Positions 51,525 through 64,000 of a stretch of 64,000 nt of DNA are shown one piece after another. The notes under the pieces were generated by a model, which worked only from the letters and a program-made list of their open reading frames with translations, did not search any database and was not told the DNA's origin. Each line of letters opens with the position of its first letter. Within the stretch, counting starts at the first letter, position 1. Position numbers and translations under genes: made by a program. Origin of the DNA: Fimicolochytrium jonesii (taxonomy: Eukaryota); assembly GCF_025526975.1 (NCBI RefSeq), contig NW_026515691.1:62001-126000 (forward strand), given 5' to 3'.

Positions 51525-54189
51525 TCACTGCTTGACCAGGACAGCCACAGGGAAAGCGCGCACCAATCTCTCGACATCCACTACACCACCCTTAACGGTC
51601 TCGCCCGTCAACACGTTTCTCCACTCACCCTCGGGAACCCTCACACTAACACCCTTCAACGCGCCACCCTCCTTCACACCCACCCAGAACCTCGGCGCAA
51701 CGGTAACGACCTTCCCAGATCTCTCAAACGCCACCACGTTGTCCACGTCCTTTTGTCCCATCACAGCCAATGCGGTATACGACGCCTCAGGCCCAACAAA
51801 CACGTCCGGGTGCTCTTCCCTCAACCTCAGCAGGCGGGAGACGACCCACATCTTGCCTGCGCCGGAATTGTCCGTCGCGTCCGCTGGCGGCTGCGGGGCC
51901 GCGCTATCCAGTTTCGCGAGGAGGGATTTCCGCGCCTCGTAATCGATCTCGCGGCGGTTGTCTGGGTCCACGAGGGAGTAGTCCTCGACTTCGCAGCCTT
52001 GGTAGACGTCGGGGATGCCGGGCATGGTGAGCTGGATTGTTTTTTGGGCGAGGGAGTTGAGGCGGCCGAAGGGTTTGATGCGGTTGACGAAGGTGGAGAT
52101 TGAGGTGATCAGGTCGGTGTCCGCGAGAACCTTTTCGGCGTAGGATTTGACGGCGGCGTCGAAATCTTTGTTGGCGTCCGTGTGAGAGGTGTGCACTTTG
52201 CCTTCTTTGGTAGCTTTGTCCATGTATGCGGTGAGACGGTCGATGGAGATGGGGTAGGCGCCCACGAGGGTCTGCCAGAAGAGGTACTCGGTGTTTTTGT
52301 CGGGGAGGGCGGCGGATGTGCGGTATCCGCGCTGGTCAGCGGTGGCGGACCATTGGTTGACGACCGTTTCCCACTCAGTGGGCAGCTCAGAGATGACGGC
52401 GAGGCGAGCGCGGACGTCTTCGGAACGCTTGGTGTCGTGTGTCGAGAGGGTGGTCATGGACAGGGACCAGTCTTTCTGCATCGCCGCAGAGGCTTTGTGG
52501 AATTCATCCACGCTCTTGCCGAATACGCCGGGGTCGCCACCAACCTCGTTCAATGAAGCGAGGCGGAAGTACCGGTAAAAGGCCGTGTCCTCAATTCCCT
52601 TGGCCATGACGGGTCCGCAGGTTTGTTGCAGGCGGGACACAAACTCACGGGCCGGGTCGGAGGTGCTAACCTTGAAGGAGGCCGCGCGGACGATGAAGTC
52701 GACCTCAGAGTCGCGGGAGCCCTTCAAAGCCTTCTTAGCGTTCTCCGCTGCGTGGTTAAGGTGAACGAGCGATTCCTTCGGGATCGATTTTCCTGGTTGA
52801 ATGTAAGCACGGTACACGTCGAAGGCAACGAGAAGCGCGACGAGCGCTTCGTGAATGTTCTCCCTGGTGAGAGCCTTTGCAGACGCGTCGTCCTGCTGCA
52901 CAAGCACAAGGAGTGACATCAACCTCTCCACTTCAGCACGAAGAGACTTTTCGAGGATAAGATGTTTCGAAGTCTTCATGACCGAGTTGAAATCACCCGT
53001 AAGACCGGTGAACTTGGCGTACACGTCAGTGAGCGCCTTCTCCGACTTCCTATCCACCAGCAGACCGTTCAACCGAATGAGGGCGTCGTAACCACTGGTT
53101 CCAGCGCAAGGCCACGAAGCAGGAAGCTCTTCCCCTTCTTCCAAAATCTTCTCAATGACAATCCACGATCCATCCGTAGCTTCCGCCAGCCTCTCAACGT
53201 ACTGTTGTGGGTCAGCCAGACCGTCCGGGTGGTCAACACGGAGACCGTCCAACACACCATCCTTGATTTGCTGGATGAAGATTTTGTGACTTTCGCGGAA
53301 GACGCTTTCGTCTTCGACGCGGATACCGGCGAGCGTGGTCACGTCGAAGAATCGGCGGTAGTTGAGCAGGCCGTCCATCGTCACCCTCCAGAAGGCCAAT
53401 CTATAGTTCTGTGCGTCCAGAAGCTGCTCAATGTTATGCTTCAGGTTCTCGGTTCCAGGCTTAACAGGGAACACGTGCGAGTAGTATCGAATGACAGGAC
53501 CGTCAACCCCATCTGGGCCCTTTGTTTCGTATTTGATCTCTCCATTCTTGACGAGATCGGCGGGCTGACCACCGAGCACAGGGAGTAGGATCTTGCCCTT
53601 TAGCTGTGGGTGGTCCCACTCAACGTCAAAATAGCCACCATACTTTGAATTCCGGCCGTTCTTCAAAACGTCCCACCAGTAAGGGTTCAAGTGTTCTGGG
53701 TCGGCAACGGAGACATGGTTGGGGACGATGTCCGCTATAGCGCGAAGGCCATGAGAGTGGAGTTTCTTGATCAAAGTTTCGAAGCCCTAGGGAGAAAGAC
53801 CTTGTCAAATTTGTTCTTGTTTTAAATAATGGAAAGAATCTCAACAACCAAAATTCACACCTTCTCGCCTCCAAGTTCCTCGTTGATGATGGAATGGTTC
53901 ACGACATCGTAACCGTGAGCAGATCCGGGCGTGGCCTGTCCGTGCAAAAGATTAGGGGTCTGAATTCTGGGCTGCATCAACAACAAGACGTCCGACATAC
54001 CTGAAGATAAGGAGAGCAGTACAAGTGAGTAACACCGAGACTCTTCAAGTACTCGACGAGAGCTTCCGCCTTTTCAAAGCCAAACTCTTTCCTGAGCTGG
54101 ACACGATACGTGGAGGTAGGAAACTTCTTCCCGTTGACAGGCCTGTGGACGTTGGCAGCAGTCTTTGCCGAGTGGGTCGTTGGTGACAT
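51525..54189 (-). CDS. treY: Maltooligosyl trehalose synthase (GH13, TreY)
   Basis: PTSTYRVQL, LYCSP, GSAHGYDV, DIVPNH, NYRRFFDV, GLRVDHPDGL (nucleophile), VIEKIL (acid/base), STHDTKRSEDVRAR, SLVDPDNRR; introns 54000-53936 and 53860-53787. Confidence 0.95.
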
Positions 54190-54574
54190 TGTGAAGTGTG
54201 AGTGCAGGAGCTGAGGCCGAGGTGTGACGGGTATAGCAGATGTGGCTCCCTGAAAGAAGCGGAGCAGGATGGAGCACGATCTGGAGGTCTAGTTTGGGGA
54301 ACCGGGACTGCTGAGCTTGCGGGCGGACAGCTTCTCGCTTTTATGCTTGAAGCGCCGGCAGGGGGGGTTGTTGTTCTCCCTTTTCTCTTTTCCTGGGACG
54401 TTCTGCATGCACGCGAACACTGCGAATAGTATGGAGGCCTTTTTCACGGAGCGACACGCGCGTGAACCGATCGATGGATGACGTGTGCGAGTGCTTTCTG
54501 ACGTCGTCTCCCTGTGGCCTTCCTACTACCTACTCCTCGCTATCCTTCACACAGATAACACCCCAACCACCACC
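54190..54574. promoter_or_regulatory. Putative bidirectional promoter between treY and the GH8 gene
   Basis: 385 bp between two divergent start codons; inferred from gene arrangement only. Confidence 0.4.
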
Positions 54575-56079
54575 ATGTCAGGAATGAGCAACTACGGGAA
54601 CTGGAGGACACACTACCTCAGAGGAGCCGGCAACGCATACTACGTGGACTATAACCAGAAGAAGGATAATGGCGACGCTTTGACGGTTTCTGAGGTGCGT
54701 TTTTGGAGGTTGGGCTGAGCTTGCGACGCTTCCAATCTCACTGTGGAAACTTTCAGGCACATGGGTATGGTGAGTTGAGCACGACTTAGAACGCCTGGGA
54801 ACGGCGAGGCAGGCGGAGGCCGGTGATCCCGCGCGATAGCGGTCATGATGCGCGCGATGACGTCCTTGCCCTTCGGTCGCCTGCTCTCTCGTGAGGGAAG
54901 CCATCACCTTCGTTATCTGCATTCTGGCGATGTCACCGTCGGTGATGCCGCCTCTAGACATACGCGTCCGTTTCCGTCCGATCACTTACCCGCCTTACGT
55001 CGTGCCGCAATAGGGATGCTTCTGGCAGTCTACCACGACTGCCGCGACGACTTTGACGGCCTCGTGCGCTACTTTGACCTATTCGTCAATCCAAAAGGCC
55101 TGATGGGCTGGCAGCAGAAACGAGACAGGCACAACAACATCGTTCCTGCTAAAGACGGTGACACCGATGGGACCGGTTCGGCGACCGATGGCGACATCGA
55201 TATCGCTCACGCGCTGTTCTTGGCTGCTGATAAATGGCCGGGAGCTCCTGATGGACGGGGACCCAGCGAGTACTTCCAGAGGGCTGTGAATCTGTGTGGT
55301 GCCATTTTTGAGTATACTGTGAACAAGGACCTGTGGGTCTTCACTTTGGGCGATTGGGTGGATCGGAGCGATCAGAAGGTGAAGGAAGCTTCTGTTGTCA
55401 GGCCCCATGACCTCGGGAATGTCCTTTTCTGACAATCCCTAGCTGTCGAGTAGTTCTGGAACCTTACGCGAACATCCGACTTTATCCTCGCCGCCGTCCA
55501 CACCTTTGCCGCCAAAGACGTCGCCCGCCGAGACGGGTGGGAGCGCCTCCGCCAAGGCCTAGTCACCTGCCTCCTCCAGCTTCACGCCGAGAACCCCATA
55601 GGCCTGCTCCCCGACTTCGCAGAATACAAACACGGCCACTGGCGCGCCGTGCATGGACAGGTCCTGGAAAGCAAGCACGATGGCGATTTCCATTACAATT
55701 CCTGCAGGACCCCGTGGCGGCTGGCGGCGTATTTGAAGGTGTCGGGGGACCAGAGGTTGTTGCCTATTTTGCAGGGGATGGTTAGGTTCTTTGAGGGGCA
55801 GAAGATGATTCACGCTGGATGTGAGTCTCCTTTCGTCCCTTGTGCGTCCTGTTTCTTTTCTATGTGGCGTCTCATCCCGGTTTCTTATCTCCCTGCTTAG
55901 ATAAACTGAACGGCAAACACTACGTGGACTACAGCGACAGGGCGTTCACCGCACCAGCGTGGATGGCGCTGCATATGATGGGGTCATCGCATGCCCGGCG
56001 CGTATGGGAGTCACTGGGTGACGACGAGGATGCGTACTTTGGGGATTCGATAGCGATGCTGTGTCAAGCCCAGCTATGA
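54575..56079 (+). CDS. Glycoside hydrolase family 8 (chitosanase/lichenase-like, GH8b-type), no signal peptide
   Basis: Spliced TVSE|AHGYG|ML, GLMGWQ, SATDGDIDIA, TRTSDF, GLLPDF, LESKHDGDFHYNSCRTPWR; includes a 13-nt microexon at 54757-54769. Confidence 0.92.
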
Positions 56080-56565
56080 TGGAGATGCGAGACTGATGTC
56101 ATGTCACACCTGGATTTCAGAACCTTGCGTGGGTTCCGTTCACGTAAGAAAGTCTCTGAGAGGAAAGTTCAAGGTTGATGCGGGAGGCAGGGTATTCAAT
56201 TCGGCTGTGCATCCCTGCGTTGCATCCCGGCTGGGACATAGAGGAGTCATTCACGCCAATAGCCCAAGGCACGATTCCGGAGAAAAAAAAGCCCAAATAG
56301 CCAGCTCGTTCATTTGATCACGATCTTTTTATCTGATTAATAATGAGATCGATTTAGCGGTCTACTCCCAGCAGAAATGCATGTGGCGATAAGAAGATTA
56401 AACTAGGTGTATGTATGTAGATACATATGCAGCGGGGTAAATAATGTAGGATATACATCATATGTAGCAAATGGAAGTGAGGAGACGAAGGAAAACTGTA
56501 CAAATTGCTGAGGGGCAGGGAAAGATACGACCACACCCTTACTCATGACAACAATCTACAGTCCT

Positions 56566-59322
56566 CTATCCGAAATGCATCAACGTAACGCCTTTTTTGC
56601 TCTTCTTCCCACTCTCGGTCCCGCTACCGCTGGCGGATCCTTGACTGCTGTCTTCTCCCCACGCCGTGCTGCCGCCAATCCGGCCATTGATGGTGCGCGG
56701 TGGTGGTTTGGGTGCGCGTTTGGGCAGGCCGGGAAACTCGTTATCCGAGACGCGGTTGCCGCCACCCATTATACGTCCAGACTGTACCGTCTTGGAGAAT
56801 GCGGGCTTCGGTGCGGGTGCGGCACGGTCGTTCACTTGCAAGGTCGGGTGGCTGTACGCTGAGGCGACGGACGGGGTGGATGTCGTGTTACCAGACGGAG
56901 TTGCAGGGCGATCGTCGTCGTCGCCCGCTTGTGAACCCGCGAACGTCACGGGCGTGGCGCTCCTGTTACTATCTGGTGGCGCGCTTGCCCCAGGGACGTG
57001 TGACACCCGCTCCCATACCGAGTCCTTCGCGCTGGCAGTCGCTCCCGAAGATGCGTTACCAAAACCACCGCCCCGTGTCGCAGTTCTCTGCTTTGTGGCG
57101 TTCTTCTTGATGACCAGAACACGGGCAGCGGCCGATGCCGGGATCTTTGTCGTAGAATGCGGGAGAACCGCGGACGGCGTGGCGGTAGAATTGGCGTAAG
57201 ATGGGATGGTCGGCCGAGGGAGGGGGTACTCTTCCGAAGAAACTTTCCAGTCATTCAGTGCGCGAAGCATGTCGTTCTTCAGACGACCTCCCGTGCGTGG
57301 GCCGAGGGATAATGGCACGCCCTTGCTGCGCGCCTTTCCTTTACCCTTCCCGCCAACGTTCGCCTCGGGTTCTTCCTCGGGATCCGGGACCGTGTCCGCC
57401 ATCCGCCGCCAGATCTTGGCGGCTTCTGCTTCGGCGTCCTTCTTGTGCTTTCCGGTCTTGTTTTGAGCAGCGAGTGACATGAAGCCGGTGACGAATTCGT
57501 CAGCGTTGATGAGCGACTGGCGGTACGATGTGGCGAGAGACTTGAACTCGGCGATCTTGGTGGCGGAATAGAGGAAGAGTTGTTGAACTTTTTGCATGAT
57601 TTCTCCCTCGACGGTTGCAGGCGGCCCTATGGCAAATCCAGTTGGCTGGGACAATGCATTAGCTGCTCCTGATAAACCAGCGGCTGCTTCAGACGGTGTA
57701 GGCATGCTTGGGATTTGCGGACGTGGGGACGCAGCTGGATGCGGAGTAGGCGACGATGAGGAAGCCTGGGCCGGTGGTTCTGGTTCGGAAAGCTTCGACC
57801 CAAACCCAGGCGGCGGTCGTAGACGCTGCATTCCGTTACCAATCTGATGGTCGGGAGCGCTACCTGGTCCGAAATTGTTGGCCCCACTTCGGGACGAGCC
57901 TTCTCCCTCCCTTTGACCATCCCTATCGTTGCCCTGTCGTCCCCCACGCTTGGCGGAAGACCGCTTGGAGTGATCCCGCCCGAAGTCCCTCTCGGCCGAA
58001 CCAGTGTATGTGAAGTTCAACTCGATCGCCTGTCCCTTCGCCTTTGCTTTCCCAGAACTATGCTCTTCCAGCTATCAGATAACAAGGACGAGTCAGTAAA
58101 TGAGACCGGACAAAACGCATCTTAGAAATCCAGCTCTCATACCTCATGCCCTTTCAAATCGATGTTCGAATTGAACACGACGAACTTCTTTTCCAAGCAT
58201 TCTGGCGCATAGCATGGGAAGTGATCGGAGCGGAAATGCGATTCCTGAAACAAGGCAGTCAGGCTCCATGCGATATTCGATAATCTTACAGACAATCATC
58301 GTACTTACCAGCTCCGCGTAGTTTTGGAAGTACTGATTTCGCACACCATTTCGCTGACAGAGGAAGCATTGCTCGTGCTTCTCCCGACAGTGTTCAAAGA
58401 GTTCGTCTTGTCCGTAGAAGTTGTTTCGACAGAAACCACATGTTGGATGTCCTTTGAAAGATGGATCGTCCGGATCACCCAGCTTATTGTGCCGGTCCAA
58501 GGTGGCCTTCGTATACAATGTGTGCTCGTGCGTGAAAAGCTTCTTATGGCGTGTGCAGAGATTGCTGGATGTAACCGCAAATGAGTGACGTTTTCGAGAA
58601 ACCTGCAAAATGCCCGCGCAATGGAACATACCACATAAGCATCCCATGCCCCTTTTTTACATGTTCCTTGAGCTCTCCCCAACCACCGGTGCATGACACA
58701 TCACATGAGGGGTCCGGACAGTTGAACCGCAACAAAATCATGACGTCTTCCTGGATTTCTGACGATTCGAAATATATCCTCAGCCGATGATCATAAGCGG
58801 GCATTTTTCTGAGATTGAAATCTTGGAACAGCGCATCCGGGTTTTTCGTATACACAACGTCGTGGAGTTCCGTCTTGCGAAGGGGAATTGAAGATGGGGT
58901 ACCGAGTTGAGGATCGGACTCATATAGTGAGTATAAACACAAACGCAGCAGGGATCACTCACCTTGCAGAGCGCGCAAGACTTTTGTTTGTATAGAGCCC
59001 TCAACCGCAACGAACACAGGTGGCAGACTTTGTGGTTGCACTCCCCAATTGCATACCACGTAACTGTGTCGGCGCAAATAAAACAAAGCTCCTCTCCGTC
59101 CTCCTCCTCTGTCGCTGTCCCTCCCGGGGCTAGCGGTAAGGCCGTGGACAGCAGGGGTACTACGGGCACATTGTTGTGCAGCGGAGTCGCAGTGGGGCCC
59201 GCAACACCAGCTCCCTTCTTCTTCCCCTTGTTGTTTCTGCGGGTGGTACTGCCATTTCTGCTGCCCTCGCTAGTTCGGCCCTCCTCGCTGTTCATGGTGG
59301 GTCCCGCTGGTATGCTCGCCAT
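56566..59322 (-). CDS. HEL2: RING E3 ligase Hel2/ZNF598 (ribosome quality control)
   Basis: CFICA...CNHKVCHLCSLRLRALY...CALCK RING; C2H2 array with FKGHPTCGFC and HEQCFLC; EFPGLP and KKGVTLMHFG C-terminus. Confidence 0.95.
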
Positions 59323-60187
59323 TTCGGATAGTATCGATTCTCCAGTGAATGGTATGGACGTCTGTAAATGACCTGTGGAAATTTTCGGTTGGTAATCGCT
59401 CGCTTGAACTGTGGTGAATTTATCTTCTATGCCTATGCTCCTCCTTTGGGATATCTCGCTGGTCTTTCTTTGTAGTTGAAAGCGAATATAGGGAAGAGGT
59501 TGGCAGTAAGTGGCCCCTATTAACAACCTCGGAAGTGGAGGGATGGTGGGCCAGTTCAGAATTGCAGTGAGCGTTTTTTTGGGTCTGCCGCTCCTCAACT
59601 GCGAGGCGACGGATTATTGCACGCGCGGTATTTCATCGGCCCTTCACTCTCGCCATTTGCCTAGAGTGCAAGCCGGTGACTTCCGGCCCACGGAGAAGCC
59701 GACGTGGGGGTTGACAGATGAAAGAGCTGCCAACAACCAGAATGGCGGAATAATGCGAGTCTGCTCTGAACCTGACCATGGAGCGTGAGTGGGCAAGGTT
59801 CGCACGGTGGATGCGTCGCCCGCTCAAAACCTGCTATTCATCCGCGGACAGTAATTCCTGCACCACCCCTGTCCGGCGCGGAGCTCCATTTCGAAGCCAT
59901 ATCCTGTAGCGCTGGGGTCGGGATGAGTGCTGCCTTACCCCATACATAGCAACTCGGAATGGTGTAGGTGCGCATGTCCCGAAACCCTGTCGAGCAACGG
60001 CAAGGGCTGCGATGGCGAGAAGCAGGGCGAGAAGTCGACGGTGTGAAGTGCAGCGCGGAGGTGATGCGACGCGTGCTGGATCAGGAAGTGACGCTGTGAC
60101 GTCCTTGAAAGGCCGCTCACCACACGAAGGTCCAAATCGTCGGCATCTTTTCGACGAAGTAACTCCTTGGAACAAAAGGATGCAACG

Positions 60188-61416
60188 ATGCCTATCTTTC
60201 TAGGGCTTTTGACATACCTCGGTGCCCTCCTGGGCTTTGGCTTCGTAACGCTTAGTCTTGGTAAGAATGGTCTTAGAGAGAAGGGGCGCAGCGTCATGAC
60301 GCAACTCTCGAAGCCGAGGAAAGAGTCCGTTACTGATCTAATCAATCGACAATGAGTGCAGCGTGCGGGCTATACTACTTGGCAGAGTTGGTTGAGGTAA
60401 GGAGTCTAAGTTTCGCGTCTCTCACATTCCAGCTTCCTGGGACGTCTGAGGAGCACGAAGAGAATGATGGGAGCTGACCTCTTTCACTATGCAGGAATAC
60501 ACAGTGTTAACGAAAAAGATAATATATTATACAACGATTGTAAGTCTATTGAAAGGGCCGGAACTCGTGCTTTTGCAATGGATCTATGCACCATGGCTGG
60601 AAGTGGATGCTCTAGGGGAAAACCTTGCCGGCTTACAGCAGCCGGATGGGGACCTACCATCGACTGTCCCATACTGCTACACTCATGGAACGCTGAGAAG
60701 CTTTGAAGACGCCGTCTGACCTCGATTTGATCCTTCCACTCAGATAACGTTCGCGTCGCACATACTGTTATGGCTAGTGGATGGCCTCTCATTCAAGCGG
60801 ATATGTTTCTCTCTACTATGCCACGCATGGTATAGCCAGCTGCTACGAAATGTAGGTGGTTTCATAAACATGTGCATGTGTTTGTATCAAGCTGATTGTA
60901 AAACTCTCCTACATGCTAGTTCCCAAATATCGAGTTGGCCAGCCCAGCATTCCTAATAAGTTGTGGTAGGTCCCATCATGACTATCCCAACATCTCGACA
61001 TTCGTTGGGATTGTTCGGCTACCTTCAAACCTTTTTCCGAACTTACGCATTCGTAAATCTCAGTCCTCGTGATAAGCGACCACTTCATCTGGTTCTTCTA
61101 CTTCACGGAGCACTACCACAGCTTCACGGAGATCGCCACATTTTTCGGCCTCATTGTGTGGCTCATCCCGTTCATGTACTTCATCTCGCTGAGCGCGAAC
61201 GAGTATACTTTGCCCAATTTCGGTAAGACGCAGCATTCGAGGACGTATGTGACACCGCTTGGATGATCTGACAATGTAGCCTTTATCGTAGACCCATCGG
61301 CACCGAAGCAGAAGAAGAATACGAATCTAGTAAAGACGCTAGCGACCTATCTCGGGATGGTGAAGACGACGGTATTGCCGGATTCGGGATCGCGGGGCCG
61401 TGGCCATACATTCTGA
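60188..61416 (+). CDS. SVP26: Svp26/TEX261 (Erv26) ER-Golgi adaptor
   Basis: Spliced FVTLSL|ACGLYYLAELVE|EYTVLTKK, DHFIWFFYF, FFGLIVWLIPFMYFISLSANEYTLP. Confidence 0.93.
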
Positions 61417-62120
61417 ATGGCATGCTTGCCGGCGTAGGGGCTCGGGGAGTAGCCATAGGAGAGGCGCACATGCTATACGCGCTTGTTGATTTGGAGTTGG
61501 AATGCCTTCCGTGCGTACCAACGACTGCATTGGCGTACGCGGCGTACGCTCGGCTGGTCAGGATCGTACCTTCCAGATGTGAAGCTCTCGCTTACGTTCA
61601 TGTACATAGCTGTGTCGACAAATGTAAAGGCACCGAGTGTGCAGGAAGAACGGCTACGCTGACCACTGTTAAGAGCCCAACCGCCTGCCATCGGACACGG
61701 GGCGGCCTTCACGGTGGATCTGAGATCACGGAGCACAGAGCTGATCAATGAATGTCCTCTAAAGGTGTTCGGGATGGGAATGATAGTGGCTTTCATTCGC
61801 GTTTATATACAAGGCTTGAGGGAAAGGGAATAGCCCGCAACCCAAGTCCCGTAACATACACAAGATGCCCAAGGAGGGAGAAGAGACGGCATATTTATCG
61901 CTCCATGTCCGATTAGAATGAACGCCATTTCCACAGTTGAAAGCCCACTCTGCACGTGTCCTGAGTTCCGCCGAGAGCGTCTCCCACTTCCAGGCTTGGT
62001 AGCCCAGACAGTCTCATTCCTCCTCATGTGGGTCGCGGAGGCATGAGGTGATTCTCATGGGAGGGCCTGAAAGACCCCGTACTAGGTACAGACCCCTGCG
62101 TCCTCACAGATTGGGGTACA

Positions 62121-63561
62121 TTACGAACATTGTGGTGGGTAGTTGGAGTTCACCCAATGATCGATGAATACGAGGTATACGTGGAGGAAGACGACGAGGA
62201 AGGCGGGGTAGTAAAGCTTCCGGATTGTTCTGTTTGAGAGGGGTGGAAGATGCTCAGTCCCAAGGTCCATCTGAGTCCGACGGGTCCTTCGACAGAGGAC
62301 TCACATTTCAATGTCGAAGATGCCAGTGGCCCACCATGCCGAAGCCCGCTCATCGTCCAGCTGTAACAGCTCAAATGTCAGGTCAGATGCTGTAGTTTGA
62401 AGATTCCGACCATCATGAAACTTCCCCAACCAACCTTCTGACGCTGATCCGCAAGAATCCACAGCGATCTCCGATGATGCTCCAACTGGATGCTCAACCG
62501 CTCCTTCGCCTCCTTCAACTCCTTCTCTTGTGCTCGAAGTCGGTTCAACTGGTGGGTGAACACACATAAGAACAGACTTTCGCGAACCTCCAGATACGCC
62601 AAACCCCTTGATTCTCACCACCGTGTCAAGTAGCTCGTTTCGTTCCTTTAGCCTCCGCTCTTCTTCGGCGGCCAGAGGCGCAAGTTTACTTATTTTCGCG
62701 TTTTCCATTCGAGCTCTGGAGATCGAAAGGAGGGATCGAAATGAGTTGTGCGGTTCCCATATGCCGAGCGGAGTCACAACCGGATCCGGATGAGCGTACG
62801 TACATTTCCTCTTCCAGGTACGTCTCAATCTCCATAGCCTCCGCCGTTTCGTCAACCGCATACGCCTCATCGTCGTCCATCCCCAAATCCAGCGACAGTC
62901 CCAGATTCAGCGCATCCTCCTCCCATCCTTCCCCGCCCTCCTCCCCCTCGATATCCACCTCCCGATCTTGTGACTGCACTCTCTTCCGAGGACTTGGACC
63001 GCTGATCTCGGATAATCTGCGGAGATTGTCAATCGTTTCGTCTCCAATTGATCGCTCTGATGTGACAGGCTCATCGGCTGGCGCTGAACGACTGCGGTGA
63101 GAAGCTTCTGCGTTCTGGAGCTCACGAGATAAAGGACTCGCAGACGGCTTTGTGGATGATATCAGGTCCGCTGCCCGTACTTGTCTTGGTTTTGAAGGTG
63201 CCGGGGTTGGAGATTCTGGGTATCCTCTTGGCGACCGTGACAAACGTCCACTCGCCTCTTGTCGCAGGGGCAAAACCTGAGACATCATCGCTACGGATTC
63301 GTCGGTGGGCGATAAGCTGCTGATCCCATGTGTTGAGGAAGTATGTTGCGACACTGTTTTCGTCACTTTCATTTCGGATGCGAGGCTGGAGGTGGGCGCT
63401 AGTCGGTGGTTCACCGCAGGGTCGTTGTACAGATCGAGATCGAGCTTCTCGGCAGAGGAGCGTCGCACACTTTTTAGCTTTCTGCTGAAAGCGTCGTCCT
63501 TTGCGGCGGTCATTGCTGTCCCAGTGGATGGTTCTTCAGAGGCCGTCTGTGAGGTCAACAT
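62121..63561 (-). CDS. Hypothetical coiled-coil protein with a C-terminal TM anchor
   Basis: Ser-rich and acidic N-terminus, coiled-coil exons, last exon ITIRKLYYPAFLVVFLHVYLVFIDHWVNSNYPPQCS*. Start uncertain and may extend upstream. Confidence 0.6.
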
Positions 63562-64000
63562 CGAGTGACTTTTTCGTTGGACGACAAGATAGTCTAGGCC
63601 TCTGTCTCTAAAGAACAAGCAGCTTTATTGTACTGTACTATTCGCCGTTGCCGACTATGAAGCTTCGATCGAGGTGTTCTGAAAGGTGTGCAACAAAGAG
63701 GAGGGCTTCAGGAGAGACTGCCAGTCCGAGAAAGGGGCCGATGCCAGAAAGCTCAGCCTGCAACCTGTGGACGCGTTTTCGACAAGTTGCCTCGCCCGAT
63801 CTGCCCAAACCCTCGACGGTGCCGCTTCCCGACCTTCCAACTGTGTACTGTACATATCCAACGGCCAAGGATACGTCTGGGACGCCGACACTACGTTCGT
63901 TCAGTCCTTTCCCTAAAGCCACTGCTTGCAACATAAACCAGGGGCCAAAAAAGAGCAGGACTACATACATCTGTGACCCATTCCGGGTCAGCTATCATCA

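Noticed and set aside
51525..56079. Bacterial contamination as the source of treY and GH8
   Set aside because: Both genes carry frame-restoring GT-AG introns and are contiguous with eukaryotic genes.
63638..64000. Possible 3' exon of another minus-strand gene, followed by AATAAA
   Set aside because: Reading frame ambiguous and truncated by the window edge; no product can be supported.

Overview
Eukaryotic, intron-rich DNA (mostly short GT-AG introns) from a fungus, most likely a zoosporic (chytrid-type) lineage. That placement is inferred from fungal housekeeping genes, a fungal-type 28S fragment and a cilium-associated DUF4515 gene. About 20 protein genes can be reconstructed by hand splicing: secreted S8 protease, DUF3455 protein, stathmin-like protein, F-box protein, BUD27/URI, ICT1-like GGQ factor, PEX2, DUF4515/CCDC166-like protein, NOP14, NCL1/NSUN2, signal-peptide-bearing App1-like phosphatase, P2-type ATPase, a two-TM channel-like protein, TreY, GH8, HEL2, SVP26 and several hypotheticals. 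There are also tRNA-Ala(AGC) and tRNA-Asp(GTC). Four things stand out. (1) A stathmin-like gene, a family typical of animals. (2) A compact DEG/ENaC- or PAC-like two-TM channel candidate. (3) A head-to-head pair of bacterial-type carbohydrate enzymes (TreY and GH8) that carry spliceosomal introns. (4) An accessory tract at about 10.5-15 kb with telomere-like repeats, a deleted 28S rDNA fragment, a poly-G run and an intronless, disrupted GIY-YIG-like ORF. All family calls come from motif recognition by eye with no database search; exon boundaries are manual.
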